This document shows, in pieces, positions 42,063-52,153 of a DNA stretch of 64,000 nucleotides. Source of the stretch: an uncultured Chloroflexia bacterium (GTDB lineage: Bacteria; Chloroflexota; Limnocylindria; Limnocylindrales; CSP1-4); contig CAWFNQ010000005.1 of the NCBI GenBank assembly GCA_963817245.1, positions 7,890 to 71,889 on the forward strand, read 5' to 3'. A program made the position numbers and the translations under genes. The notes beneath the pieces were generated by a model that was not told the origin of the DNA, made no database searches, and worked only from the letters and a program-made list of their open reading frames with translations. The number at the start of each line of letters is the position of its first letter. Within the stretch, counting starts at the first letter, position 1.

Positions 42063-42815
42063 ATGCCCCGCCGGCGCGACGCCAACCTCATCGACCGGAT
42101 CAGCCGGGTGATCAGCGACGGCGAGTTCACGATGGTGTTCCAGCCGATCGTGGATCTGCGCACCGATCGGGCGATCGGCTTCGAAGCCCTGACGCGCTTT
42201 GCCGATGGGACACCGCCCGAGCGGCGTTTCATCCAGGCCGCCGGCCTCGGTCTCGGTCTCGAGCTCGAGGCGGCTGCCGTCCGGCTCGCGCTTGCCCTCG
42301 CCCGCGACCTCCAGGGGGACACCTGGGTCAGCGTCAACGTCTCTCCGGCCCTGATCATGGCCGTCGAGCCCCTATCGGGGTTGATCCGCTCCTCGAGCCA
42401 CCCCGTCGTCCTCGAGCTCACCGAGCACGTCCCCGTCGAGGACTACGACGGCCTGCGCGAGGCGATGCGTGCCCTCGGCCCGGCGGTCCGCTTCGCGATC
42501 GACGACGCGGGGGCCGGCTTCGCGAGCTTCCGGCACATCGTCGAGCTCAAACCGCAATTCGTGAAGCTCAACGTCGATCTCGTGCGCGCCATCGATCGCG
42601 ACGATGCCCGGCAGGCGTTCGTCGCCGGCCTCGTCTACTTCGCGGTGAAGACGCGCTGTTCGCTCGTCGCCGAGGGCATCGAGACGGCCACGGAGCGCGA
42701 CACGCTCAAGTCGATCGGCGTGGGACTGGGTCAGGGCTATCTGCTCGGCCTGCCGGCCCCGGTCGCGGATATCGCGTCGCCTCGGTTCGTGCCGCCGCGC
42801 GCCGCGGGGGAGTGA
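42063..42815 (+). CDS. Stand-alone EAL-domain c-di-GMP phosphodiesterase
   Basis: FQPIVDL..GFEALTRF; SVNVSP; LELTEH; AIDDAGAGFASF; VKL; VAEGIET; GQGYLLG. Start uncertain. Confidence 0.92.
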   Translation: MPRRRDANLIDRISRVISDGEFTMVFQPIVDLRTDRAIGFEALTRFADGTPPERRFIQAAGLGLGLELEAAAVRLALALARDLQGDTWVSVNVSPALIMAVEPLSGLIRSSSHPVVLELTEHVPVEDYDGLREAMRALGPAVRFAIDDAGAGFASFRHIVELKPQFVKLNVDLVRAIDRDDARQAFVAGLVYFAVKTRCSLVAEGIETATERDTLKSIGVGLGQGYLLGLPAPVADIASPRFVPPRAAGE

Positions 42816-42845
42816 GCGGGCGGGCCGGCGAGGCGGGCCGGGACG

Positions 42846-43367
42846 TCAGGCGGCGTCGAGGACCGGGACCCGGACGTCGATGACCGCGTCGACCGTGTCC
42901 TCGTCGGTCCTCGAGAAGGTGACTTGGCGGCCGGTCGAACGGAGGAGTGCCAGCACGGCCGGATGACTCCAGCGCATCGTCGCGCTCAGGCGGGTCATGC
43001 CGTGGCAGCGAGCCCAGGCGATGCCTTGCCGAAGCAGGGCCTTCCCGATCCCGTGGTGCTGGTATTCGTCGGCGACCGCGATGGCCATCTCGGCGCTGGC
43101 GAGGTCGATCGGCTCGAGACAGAGGTGTCCGATGATCAGCGGCCGCCCGTCCGGGCCGTCGGTCTCGGCGAGCAGGCCCTCGCGATGCTCGTGGTCCGGA
43201 CCGCAGAAGAAGCGTGCGGCTCCATCACCGATGCCGCGCGACGCACCGTGGAACCTCGCCTCGAGGCTGTCGGGAGACAGGCCGGCATAGAAGCGCGTCA
43301 ACGCGTCGCGATCGTCGGGCCTGATCACCCGCACTCGCACCGGAAGCGCGACGTCGACCTGTCTCAT
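42846..43367 (-). CDS. GNAT acetyltransferase (Pat/PatZ GNAT-domain-like)
   Basis: IRPDDRDAL..FYAGLSPDSLEARF; AEMAIAVADEYQHHGIG. Confidence 0.85.
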   Translation of the reverse strand: MRQVDVALPVRVRVIRPDDRDALTRFYAGLSPDSLEARFHGASRGIGDGAARFFCGPDHEHREGLLAETDGPDGRPLIIGHLCLEPIDLASAEMAIAVADEYQHHGIGKALLRQGIAWARCHGMTRLSATMRWSHPAVLALLRSTGRQVTFSRTDEDTVDAVIDVRVPVLDAA

Positions 43368-43499
43368 GACCGGAGTTCACACCGCCTCGCCACCGGCTAG
43401 ACAGGTCCGAAGGTCACCCGACGAAGGTCCGGAGGGCTCCCCGACGATGACCGCAACGGCCCGGAGCGCCGAGGGGGTCCCGGCGGGTAGCCTGCATGC

Positions 43500-44771
43500 A
43501 TGCGAGTCGTCTCCCCCTCGGAAGCCGCGGACGTGGTGCGGTCCGGCGACCGGGTGTATCTCCACTGCGCCGCTGCCACACCGTCGGTCCTGCTCGACGC
43601 CCTCGTCGCCCGCGCCTCGGAGCTGGAGAACGTCACGATCGTCCACCTCCACGTCGAGGGACCCGGGCCCCACCTGGCGCCCGAGATGGAGGGCCACTTC
43701 CGGCATCGAGCGCTGTTCGTCGGACCGAACGCCCGGAAGGCGGTCAACGAAGGCCGGGCCGACTACGTCCCGATCTTCCTCTCCGACGTCCCGCGCCTGT
43801 TCCGATCTGGTGCCCTCCCGCTCGACGTGGTCTTCGTGAACGCGACGCCGCCCGATGCCCATGGCTTCTGCTCGCTCGGGACGAGCGTCGAGGCGATGCA
43901 CGCGGCCATCGATGCGGCGAAGACCGTGATCGTCCAGATCAATCAGTCGATGCCGCGGACGCTCGGCGAGAGCTTCATCCACGTCAACGACATCGATCTC
44001 GCGGTCGCAGTCGATGTCCCGCCGTATACCTACGACAACCCGACGATCGGCGACGTCGAACGGCGGATCGGGGAGCATGTCGCGGATCTGGTGCCCGACG
44101 GCGCGACCCTCCAGCTGGGGATCGGGGCCATCCCGGCGGCGACCGCTCTGGCCCTCACCGACAAACACGACCTCGGGATCCACACCGAGATGTTCACGGA
44201 CGCCGTGATGGAGCTCGTCGAGGCCGGCGTGGTCACCGGCGACGCCAAGGAACGCAACCGCGGCAAGATCGTGACGGCGTTCATGATGGGCTCGCCCCGC
44301 CTCTACGACTTCGTTCACGACAACCCCATGGTCGAGATGCGGCCCGTCGATTTCACGAACGACACCCACGTCATTCGCTCCTTCTCGCGGATGGTCTCGA
44401 TCAACTCCGCGATCGAGGTCGACCTCACCGGCCAGGTCGTCGCCGACTCCATCGGGCACACGGTGTACTCGGGGGTCGGCGGGCAGATGGACTTCATCCG
44501 CGGCGCCGCCCTGGCGCCGGAGGGCCGGTCGATCATCGCGCTGCCGTCGACCGCGGCCGGAGGAACGGCATCACGGATCGTCGATCACCTGCGCGAGGGC
44601 GCCGGCGTGGTCACCACGCGCGCCCACGTCCGAACGGTGGTCACCGAGTGGGGGGTGGCGGAGCTCTTCGGACTCAGCCTGCGCGAACGGGCGCGGGCCC
44701 TGACCGCGATCGCGCACCCGGATTTCCGCGACCAACTCCGTCGGGAGGCTGCCCGGCTGAACCTCGTCTGA
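43500..44771 (+). CDS. Acetyl-CoA hydrolase/4-hydroxybutyrate CoA-transferase family
   Basis: GRADYVPIFLS; DGATLQLGIGAIP; DLGIHTEM; INSAIEVDLTGQV; SGVGGQMDF; VVTEWG. Confidence 0.93.
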   Translation: MRVVSPSEAADVVRSGDRVYLHCAAATPSVLLDALVARASELENVTIVHLHVEGPGPHLAPEMEGHFRHRALFVGPNARKAVNEGRADYVPIFLSDVPRLFRSGALPLDVVFVNATPPDAHGFCSLGTSVEAMHAAIDAAKTVIVQINQSMPRTLGESFIHVNDIDLAVAVDVPPYTYDNPTIGDVERRIGEHVADLVPDGATLQLGIGAIPAATALALTDKHDLGIHTEMFTDAVMELVEAGVVTGDAKERNRGKIVTAFMMGSPRLYDFVHDNPMVEMRPVDFTNDTHVIRSFSRMVSINSAIEVDLTGQVVADSIGHTVYSGVGGQMDFIRGAALAPEGRSIIALPSTAAGGTASRIVDHLREGAGVVTTRAHVRTVVTEWGVAELFGLSLRERARALTAIAHPDFRDQLRREAARLNLV

Positions 44772-44798
44772 GCAGCCGACAGGGCCCGGGCCAGCTGC

Positions 44799-45667
44799 TC
44801 ACGTGCGGCTGTCGAGCGCCGCACGCAGGGCCGCGATCTCCTCGCGCTGTCCGGCGATCTCGACTCTGAGGCCCGTCAGTGCCTCGGCGATCGCGGCGTT
44901 CGACGTCGGGTCGGTCACCGATGCGGCGGCGCCCGTCGCCGGTGTGGCACCGGGCGCTTCGGGCGCGGTCGCCGCGGCCTCCTCGGTCGGCGCGGGCGGC
45001 GAGACGAGCAGGCTCGCCAGGATGCTGGCGAGGGCGCCGATGATCCCGATGCCCGCGAACATCACGAAGACGCCGGTCAGCCGCCCGAGCATGGTGATCG
45101 GGTAGAAGTCGCCGTAGCCGACGGTCGTGATCGTGACGAGGCCCCACCAGATCGCTTCGCCAGCCGGTCTTGATGTTGCCGCCGCCGCGAGCTCTCGAAT
45201 TCGAGCACGAGGATGCTCGCGATGCTGAGCACCATCCCGGCGAGCAGGATCGTGATGAACGTCGCGTACTGGCTCCGGTTCTGGAGGACGTCGAGCACGA
45301 GGTCCTTGCCGGCCTGGCCGCGAAGCATGCCGGGTGATCCGCGCCAGCCGGCTGAGGCGGAACAGGCGGAGCAGGGCGGTGGCCGGGATAGAAGCCGAAG
45401 CTCGGGATCGACCCGAGGAGGTCGAGCCACCCACGCGCCCCGACGAAGTACGCCCGCTTCGGCTTGGCGCCCATCAGGTTGAACCCAAAGTCGATGAGGA
45501 AGATCACGCAGACCGATGTTGTCGTACAGGGTCAGGAGGTCCCGTTCGGCCTGCGTGATCGGCAGGAGCAGCAACACCATGATCGCCAACGAGAAGATCG
45601 TCAGGACCAGGATGAAGATGTTGTAGGCGTTGCCGTGTTGGCGTAGCACCGGTGACGCGGCGGTCAT
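44799..45667 (-). CDS. Voltage-gated-type potassium channel (frameshifted)
   Basis: S4-like LLRLFRLSRLARI; pore WWGLVTITTVGYGDFYP; GGAGG RBS. Confidence 0.88.
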
Positions 45668-45761
45668 GCTTGCTGAACCTCCAGACTTGCCCGCACCCAA
45701 GGGCGGCTCGACGCAGACGTATAGTGACGAACCGGCGCGGTCCGGATTCCGACGAGGAACC

Positions 45762-46941
45762 ATGCTCTCGAGCGCGCAACCCACCTGCTTCCTGATCGCC
45801 GACATCTCCGGGTATACCGGCTACCTCGTCGACGTCGAGCTCGATCACGCGCAGGACATCCTCGCGGACCTCGTCGGCGCCGTCGTCAGCGCGCTCCGGC
45901 CGAACTTCCGGCTGGCCAAGCTCGAGGGCGATGCCGCCTTCACGTACATGACCGCTGAGCGGATCGATGGCTCGATGCTCCTCGACACCATCGAGCGGTG
46001 CTACTTCGGCTTCCGCCGGCGACGCCGGGACGTGCGCCAGGCGACCTCGTGCGAGTGCAACGCGTGCTCCCGGATCCCCGACCTCGACCTCAAGTTCGTC
46101 GTCCACCACGGATCCGCGATCCACCAGACGGTGGCCGGACAGCGAGAGCTCCTCGGCGCGGACGTGATCGTCGTCCACCGGCTGCTGAAGAACGACGTCG
46201 TCGAGGGCCTGGGCATCGATGCCTATGCCCTCATCAGCCAGGCCTGCATCGACGCGTCCGACATCGACCCCGTCGCACTCGGCATGCGCCGACACGCCGA
46301 GACCTACGATCGGATCGGCGAGGTCCCGGTCTGGGTGCACGACCTGGAGCGTCGCTGGCAGGAGGAGGAGGCGCGCGGCCGGGTCTTCGTCGGGCCGGAC
46401 GCATCCATCCTGACCGTCACGGTGCCGACGAACGTCCCGCCGCAGGTCGCCTGGGAGTTCCTCACCAAGCCCGGACAGCGGATGTCGTGGCAACCCTGGG
46501 TGACCGAGGTCGAGATCAAGGGCGCGACCGGCGGCCGCCGCGGGCCCGGTTCCGCCAACCACTGCATGCACGGCAAGGACGCGGTCATCGAGGAGATCCT
46601 CGACTGGCGTCCGTACGACTACGTCACCGATCGCACGGTCCTTGCCACGCCCGCCGGTCCGCTGAAGCTCCTCCACACGATCGAGCTCGAGCCGAGCCCG
46701 ACCGGCACCACGATCCACATGCGCTATGCGGGCCCGAAGGCCAAGCGGGACCGCCCGCTGGCCCAGCACGTCGCCGACGCGTACGGGGAGGCGCTGCGGT
46801 CCAGCGTTCCGGGCCTCGTCGAGCAACTGGATGCAGCGGCCGCGGCACGCGAGGCGGATCGCGGGCCCGAGCCCGAGCTGGTGTCGCCGCGGCCGGACGG
46901 CCCGCTGTCCGGGCTGCGAGCCACTGGTGATGATCGACTGA
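45762..46941 (+). CDS. DUF2652 (class III nucleotidyl-cyclase-like) + SRPBCC domain protein
   Basis: FLIADISGYTGYL; KLEGDA; CECNAC; LKFVVHHG; VIVVHRLLKN; then an SRPBCC-like domain (AWEFLT..HCMHG..EEILDWRPYDY). Frameshift near 46915. Confidence 0.85.
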
Positions 46942-46970
46942 GTCGTCGCGGGGCGAGTGACGGCGCCGCT

Positions 46971-49900
46971 CTATGCCGGCTGCAGGGTGAAGCCGAACGG
47001 CCCAGTAGCCGCGCCGTCGCCGAGGACGCGGAGCGTGTACCGACCGGGGACCGTGATGTCCTCCGGACCCATGACGCCGCAAGCAGGATGGAAGTCCATC
47101 AGGGTCCCGTCCGGCCGGAGGAGTCGCCAGGCCAGCCCGGTGGAGCAGGCCGCCGCACCCTTGACCTGGAGCTTCTGGCCGACGGTCGCATCGAAGGTGT
47201 AGTCGTGCCACTCACCCGGGCTGTCGATGGTGCCGTTCTCGGCATGACCGACGGTGATCGGGTCGACCTGCGTCGGCGGTACCGAGGTGACGACGAACCG
47301 GTATGCCCCGGTCGCCTGGCCGTCCGACAGCACTCGGACGATGTATTTCCCGGCGATCGGGAGCACGACGCGGCCGATCTCCTGGCACGTCCCGGGGCCG
47401 GATCCGAGGAGCGTGCCGTCCGATCCGAGCAGGACCCAGCGGAGGCCGGGGATGCAGGTGCCCTCGGCGTGGAGATACACGATGTCACCCGCCGACGCCG
47501 CCAACGTGTGATCGTCCTGTTGGCTCGGTGATGTGATCTGGCCGGACACGTCCTGGCCCAGCGAGATCGTCGAGGTCGATGCTGGCGGCTGGCTCGGCGC
47601 CGGGCCCGACGACACGTCGGTCTGGCCGGTGGATGGGCCGGCGGCCGCGACCCCGGCCGTCGATGCCGCGAACGCGGGATCACCGGTCTCCGCCACGTCG
47701 AGCACGCAATCGTCGAGGACCGGCTGCGCGCGAACGCCGACCGCTTGGCACACCTGCTTGGCGCTGGTTGCCTGGTCCGTCGGGAGCGTTGCCGCGGTCA
47801 CGATGGACGACGGGATGTCGGGCTTCGTGAACGTGGCGGTGCTCTCGCGAGGCCCATAGTCGAAGAGCGACTCCGACGGAGCGAGGCGCCAGCTGTCGCC
47901 GAATTCGCGATACAGCTTGGTGGCGTACGCCGGGTCAGTCGGGCTCAGGACCTTCCCGTCACGGGTCGTCAGGTCGTTCCTGGGGTTCCCGTCCGCGCTC
48001 CCGAGCAGGCCTCGGAGCGTCGGGCCGACCGCCGCACTCGGCGAGAACGCGAGGTCGAGCGTGTTTGCCACGCGGCCGACCGCGAGGCGGCTGCCGTCAG
48101 GCCAGCCGACCACGACGGTCCCGCCGTGGCGCTCGACCGTTCCACCGTGCGGCAGGCGCTCGACGATGTCCGCGGCTGCCATTGGCGTGCCGTTGACCAC
48201 GAGGAACGAAGGCTCGTTCGCGTAGACGCCGACCCGGTCGCCGGCGACCAGGGCGGCGGCGGCCGTGTCGAACGTGATGGTCGTCCCACCAAGAACAGGT
48301 TCCTGCCGCGATTCGATGCGGAGGGTCCCATCCGGCGTCGTGGCCGCCAGGAATTCGCCGGCCGCCTGGAAGTCGGCGTGGACGCGGTCGGCCGTGATCC
48401 AATGCGTGTCGCCGTAGTAGCACCACCCGACGCAAGCCGCCCCGGGGCCCCCGCAGATGAGCGCCGCGCACTCGAAATCCCCATTCGACCCCCATTGGCA
48501 ATCGCCGAACCAGCAGGATCGTTCAGCTTCGGGGCCAGTGCGCCAGCAGATCCCCAGGCAGTCGAGGCCGGGAGCCTTCGGCGGCTTGGAAGCTGGGTTT
48601 CCCGCCGGAGGGGAAGGTGTACCCGACGCTGGGTCAGTGGCGCCACTCGAGCCTCCGGGTGGCCGAAACGGCGATGAGATCCATTGCGGCGACGACGGGT
48701 TAGCAGGACCTGTCGAACCGTTCGAGCCGGAGTCGCCCGAATCCTGGGTCGGTCCTACGTTCTCACCGGAATCACCGGTATTCGTGAGCTGCACGCCTGA
48801 CCCGGACCCCGTCGACCCGCCCGAGCCCCAGACGAGCCCGCTGGGGTCGGTGGCGTTGATCGGGTCGGCGCCGACATAGCGGTAGAGGTTGGCGTCGCCA
48901 CCAGCGAAGGAGATCGGGTCCGGACTGATCCATCGGCCGGTCACCGGGTCGTAGTCGCGCGCACCGAAATGGACCATGCCCGTGTCGACGTCCCTGAGCC
49001 CGCCAGCGAAGCCGAACGGGATGAATCCCGGAGACGACTCGCCGACCAGGTGACCCCACGCATCGTATTCGATGGCGTCGGCGACGCGGCCGGTCGCGGC
49101 ATCGATCACGAGCCGCGGGCTGCCGAGGGCGTCGGTGACCACGGCGTAGCTCGAGTCGCCGCGCATGACGAGCGCCAGATTCCCGGCGTCGTCGTAGCCA
49201 AAGCGCGCGACGAGCGCGCCGGTCGCGTCCGTCTCGGCAACGACGTGCCCTGCGGGATCGTACAGATAGCCGGCGACCAGGCGACCGTCGACCTGGCGGC
49301 CGACCCGACGCCCGTCGGCGTCGAGGAGGTACGTGATCGCCCGGCCGCTCGGCAGCGTCGCGCCGGTCAGGCGACCCAGATCATCGAAGGAGAACGAGGT
49401 CGCGCCACCAGGCGCGTGGAGGCTCGCAAGGTCTCCCGCGGGCGTCCAGCCGTAGGTCGCGTCACCCCAGGCCGTCAGGCGTTGACGGTCGTCGTACGTG
49501 GCCTTGCTCGTCGCCGTCGTCGTCCGGACCTCCGTGCGGTCACCCGCCGGATCGTAGGTGTCGGTCTCGACCGGCTTCCCGCCCACCTCGACCCGCGACA
49601 GGCGGTCGCCGCCGTCGTACGCATACGCGGTGCTGGTCGTGGTGCCATCCGCGGTGGTCTCGGTGACCGTCGCGATCCGCCCGAGCGCGTCACGCGTGTA
49701 CGCCCGGTCGAGCACGACCTTGCCCGATACGGTGGTCGTGGACCGTGCGAGCGTGTTCGCACCGTCGTACGACAAGCTCGTCCCGACCGGCCCGAGGACT
49801 TCCCGGGTCACGAGCCCGGAGGCGGGGTCTCGCGTCAGCGCCACCTCGCCGACGCCCGTCAATGCGCCGGAGTCGTCGTACGCCAGTGGAATGGGCGGAG

Positions 49901-51872
49901 CCGATCCGATCGACTCGGCAACGGTGCGACCGAGCCCATCGAGCGTCGTCGCGACCGATCCTGTCACCGGTCCGGACCAGGCGAGGCTTGCCAGCAGGTT
50001 CCCAGCGTGGCCGTACGCGGTGGACACACCGCTCGAGTCCGTGGCACCGGTCCTCGCGCCCGACGACCCGTCATACGTCAGCGTCGCCTCGCCCTGCCCG
50101 CTCTTCCAGCCCGATAGGCGCCCCGCGGGATCGCGGGCGAGCGTGATCGTGCGAGGCCCCGGGCCGGCGATGGCGCTGAGACCGCCATCGCCGTCGTAGG
50201 TCGCGGTCTCGATCGCCCCGTCGCCGCCGACCGACGGGGGGATGAAGGCGGTGGGTCGTCCCCCTGCACTCGTACCACGTGTGAAACCAAGCGCTCCGGG
50301 CGGCTGGACCTCGGTCACGTGCCCGGCCGCATCGTGCGCGACGATGCTGGTGGATCCGTCGGCTGCACTCAGCATCACGGGCCAGCCAGCGGCGTCGACC
50401 GACTCCGTGACGACACTGCCATCGGGCCGGGTCACGGTGAGGCGGCCCGAGTCGGCGTCATACTCGAACCGCGTCGTTCGGGCGGCGTTGCCGGTCCCGT
50501 CCGTCTCGCTCGCCACCCGCCCGTCCGAGTCGTACGTGAACGCCACCGCGGGCCGACCCGGGGTCGTCGCGCTTCGCACCCGCCCGGCCGGGTCGTAGGT
50601 CCTCGCCGTTCGTCGACCAGCCGGATCGGTGACGATCGCGGTCCCCGAGGTCGGGTCGAACATGGCAGTCCACGCCGCGCCGTCGACCGTCGTCGCGATC
50701 GTGCCAGAGACGGCGTACGGCAGACCACCGGTCGGATGGAGGTCTTCCGATGTCTGCCGCCGGGAGAGGACTCCATCCGAGCGCGTCATGACGACCGGTG
50801 TCTGGATGGGGGCGTCGAGGCCCCAGACACCGCTCGGGGCTGCCCCGATGGTCCACGTCGTCCCATCCGGCTCCAGGATGGACCGGCCACCGGCGGCATC
50901 CGGTGTCTCGGTCGTGGTCGTGCCGGCCGGCCCGACGAACGTCCGGCTCACGCCACCCGCCGCGGAGGACGTGCGATAGGTGGATGTCCGGCCGAGCGCC
51001 GACGTCGCCGTGATCTGGACCGTCGAGTCCGTCGACGTCCGGTCGAATCGGGTCGTAACGCCGTCCGGGTCGGTACTGGTCGCGAGCCGACCATCGGGCG
51101 CGTACGTGAAGCGCGTCACGGCGCCCATCGCGTCGGTCTCGGCGCCGAGTTCACCCCCGGGCTTCCAGTCGAACGCCGACAGGTGTCCGGCTGCATCGCG
51201 GAGCGAGGTCAACCGTCCGGTCGGATCCAGCGTCACAAGGGTCGAACCCCCATCGATGCCGACGAGAGCCGTCAGGTCACCGGCCGATGACCGCTTCACC
51301 GACAGGCCGACCGGCCGACCGTCCACGCTCCCCCTGACGCTCGAGAGGCGACCGGCGTCGTCATAGGCGACCGTCAGCAGGGTGCTTCCGAGCCGGCCGT
51401 CCACGGTCCGGACGTGCCGGCCGGCCGCGTCGAAGACATAGGCGAGCGAGGCGTCATAGGTCGGGATCGCCGACTCCTGGGCACCCGCCGCGATCAACGA
51501 TGCGAACCGCCAGCTGCCATCCCCAGAGACCAGGATGCCGGCGCGCGGTGCGTAGCCCTCGACCGCGCTGACGGACCAACCCCCCAGCCCGAGGCTGCCC
51601 GGGTCCCAGTCGGGCCGATCCGCCCGTGACGGGGCCCACAGGCTCGAATACGTCAGGGCCAGGCCGGTTCCTGCGATCGGGACGGATACGAAGGCGTCCG
51701 AATCGATGCACGGCACGTCGCCGGATGGATCGCAGGCGTCGAGGGTCCGTTGGTTGACGTTGGCGGTTGCCGTCGAGGGCGCGGGCGTCGGCGGCACCGG
51801 CGTGCTCTGGCAGCCCACGACGAGGCCGGCAAGCGAGACAGCGCGGACGAAGCGGCCCGCCCTGGTTCGCAT
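46971..51872 (-). CDS. RHS/YD-repeat lipoprotein with Cys-rich segment, VWD domain and C-terminal beta-sandwich repeats
   Basis: Lipobox-like LVVGC; many YD repeats; core PFGFAGG..HFGARDYDP..GRWISPDP..NLYRYV..DPINATDPSGL; GDTH..DFQAAGEF..GLLG..GNPRND (VWD-like); two PPC-like repeats. Alternative start at 51893. Confidence 0.88.
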   Translation of the reverse strand: MRTRAGRFVRAVSLAGLVVGCQSTPVPPTPAPSTATANVNQRTLDACDPSGDVPCIDSDAFVSVPIAGTGLALTYSSLWAPSRADRPDWDPGSLGLGGWSVSAVEGYAPRAGILVSGDGSWRFASLIAAGAQESAIPTYDASLAYVFDAAGRHVRTVDGRLGSTLLTVAYDDAGRLSSVRGSVDGRPVGLSVKRSSAGDLTALVGIDGGSTLVTLDPTGRLTSLRDAAGHLSAFDWKPGGELGAETDAMGAVTRFTYAPDGRLATSTDPDGVTTRFDRTSTDSTVQITATSALGRTSTYRTSSAAGGVSRTFVGPAGTTTTETPDAAGGRSILEPDGTTWTIGAAPSGVWGLDAPIQTPVVMTRSDGVLSRRQTSEDLHPTGGLPYAVSGTIATTVDGAAWTAMFDPTSGTAIVTDPAGRRTARTYDPAGRVRSATTPGRPAVAFTYDSDGRVASETDGTGNAARTTRFEYDADSGRLTVTRPDGSVVTESVDAAGWPVMLSAADGSTSIVAHDAAGHVTEVQPPGALGFTRGTSAGGRPTAFIPPSVGGDGAIETATYDGDGGLSAIAGPGPRTITLARDPAGRLSGWKSGQGEATLTYDGSSGARTGATDSSGVSTAYGHAGNLLASLAWSGPVTGSVATTLDGLGRTVAESIGSAPPIPLAYDDSGALTGVGEVALTRDPASGLVTREVLGPVGTSLSYDGANTLARSTTTVSGKVVLDRAYTRDALGRIATVTETTADGTTTSTAYAYDGGDRLSRVEVGGKPVETDTYDPAGDRTEVRTTTATSKATYDDRQRLTAWGDATYGWTPAGDLASLHAPGGATSFSFDDLGRLTGATLPSGRAITYLLDADGRRVGRQVDGRLVAGYLYDPAGHVVAETDATGALVARFGYDDAGNLALVMRGDSSYAVVTDALGSPRLVIDAATGRVADAIEYDAWGHLVGESSPGFIPFGFAGGLRDVDTGMVHFGARDYDPVTGRWISPDPISFAGGDANLYRYVGADPINATDPSGLVWGSGGSTGSGSGVQLTNTGDSGENVGPTQDSGDSGSNGSTGPANPSSPQWISSPFRPPGGSSGATDPASGTPSPPAGNPASKPPKAPGLDCLGICWRTGPEAERSCWFGDCQWGSNGDFECAALICGGPGAACVGWCYYGDTHWITADRVHADFQAAGEFLAATTPDGTLRIESRQEPVLGGTTITFDTAAAALVAGDRVGVYANEPSFLVVNGTPMAAADIVERLPHGGTVERHGGTVVVGWPDGSRLAVGRVANTLDLAFSPSAAVGPTLRGLLGSADGNPRNDLTTRDGKVLSPTDPAYATKLYREFGDSWRLAPSESLFDYGPRESTATFTKPDIPSSIVTAATLPTDQATSAKQVCQAVGVRAQPVLDDCVLDVAETGDPAFAASTAGVAAAGPSTGQTDVSSGPAPSQPPASTSTISLGQDVSGQITSPSQQDDHTLAASAGDIVYLHAEGTCIPGLRWVLLGSDGTLLGSGPGTCQEIGRVVLPIAGKYIVRVLSDGQATGAYRFVVTSVPPTQVDPITVGHAENGTIDSPGEWHDYTFDATVGQKLQVKGAAACSTGLAWRLLRPDGTLMDFHPACGVMGPEDITVPGRYTLRVLGDGAATGPFGFTLQPA

Positions 51873-52153
51873 GAGCACGAGACTGCCCGCCATTGACTCT
51901 CTGCCCCGGCCCTACGGAAGCCGCCCGAGGAGGGTCATCGCGCCAGACCGGCACGAAGTTGCCAAAGGGTCTACGCCGGGCCGATACCGCTCGACGAGGT
52001 AGGTCTCGAACGGGGCGACATCGAGGGGCTGGTCCACGGCCGCGACGCTACGGCGACGCGTCGGGCCGACGAAAGAGGCGACCACCCCCATCTGTGACGA
52101 TGTGGGGTCCATACTCGGGACGGAGGTCCCTGACTCAGCGGAGGGCGTCGACG

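Noticed and set aside
46971-51893. Polymorphic toxin-immunity locus
   Set aside because: No recognisable toxin domain, no downstream immunity ORF and no secretion-system genes.
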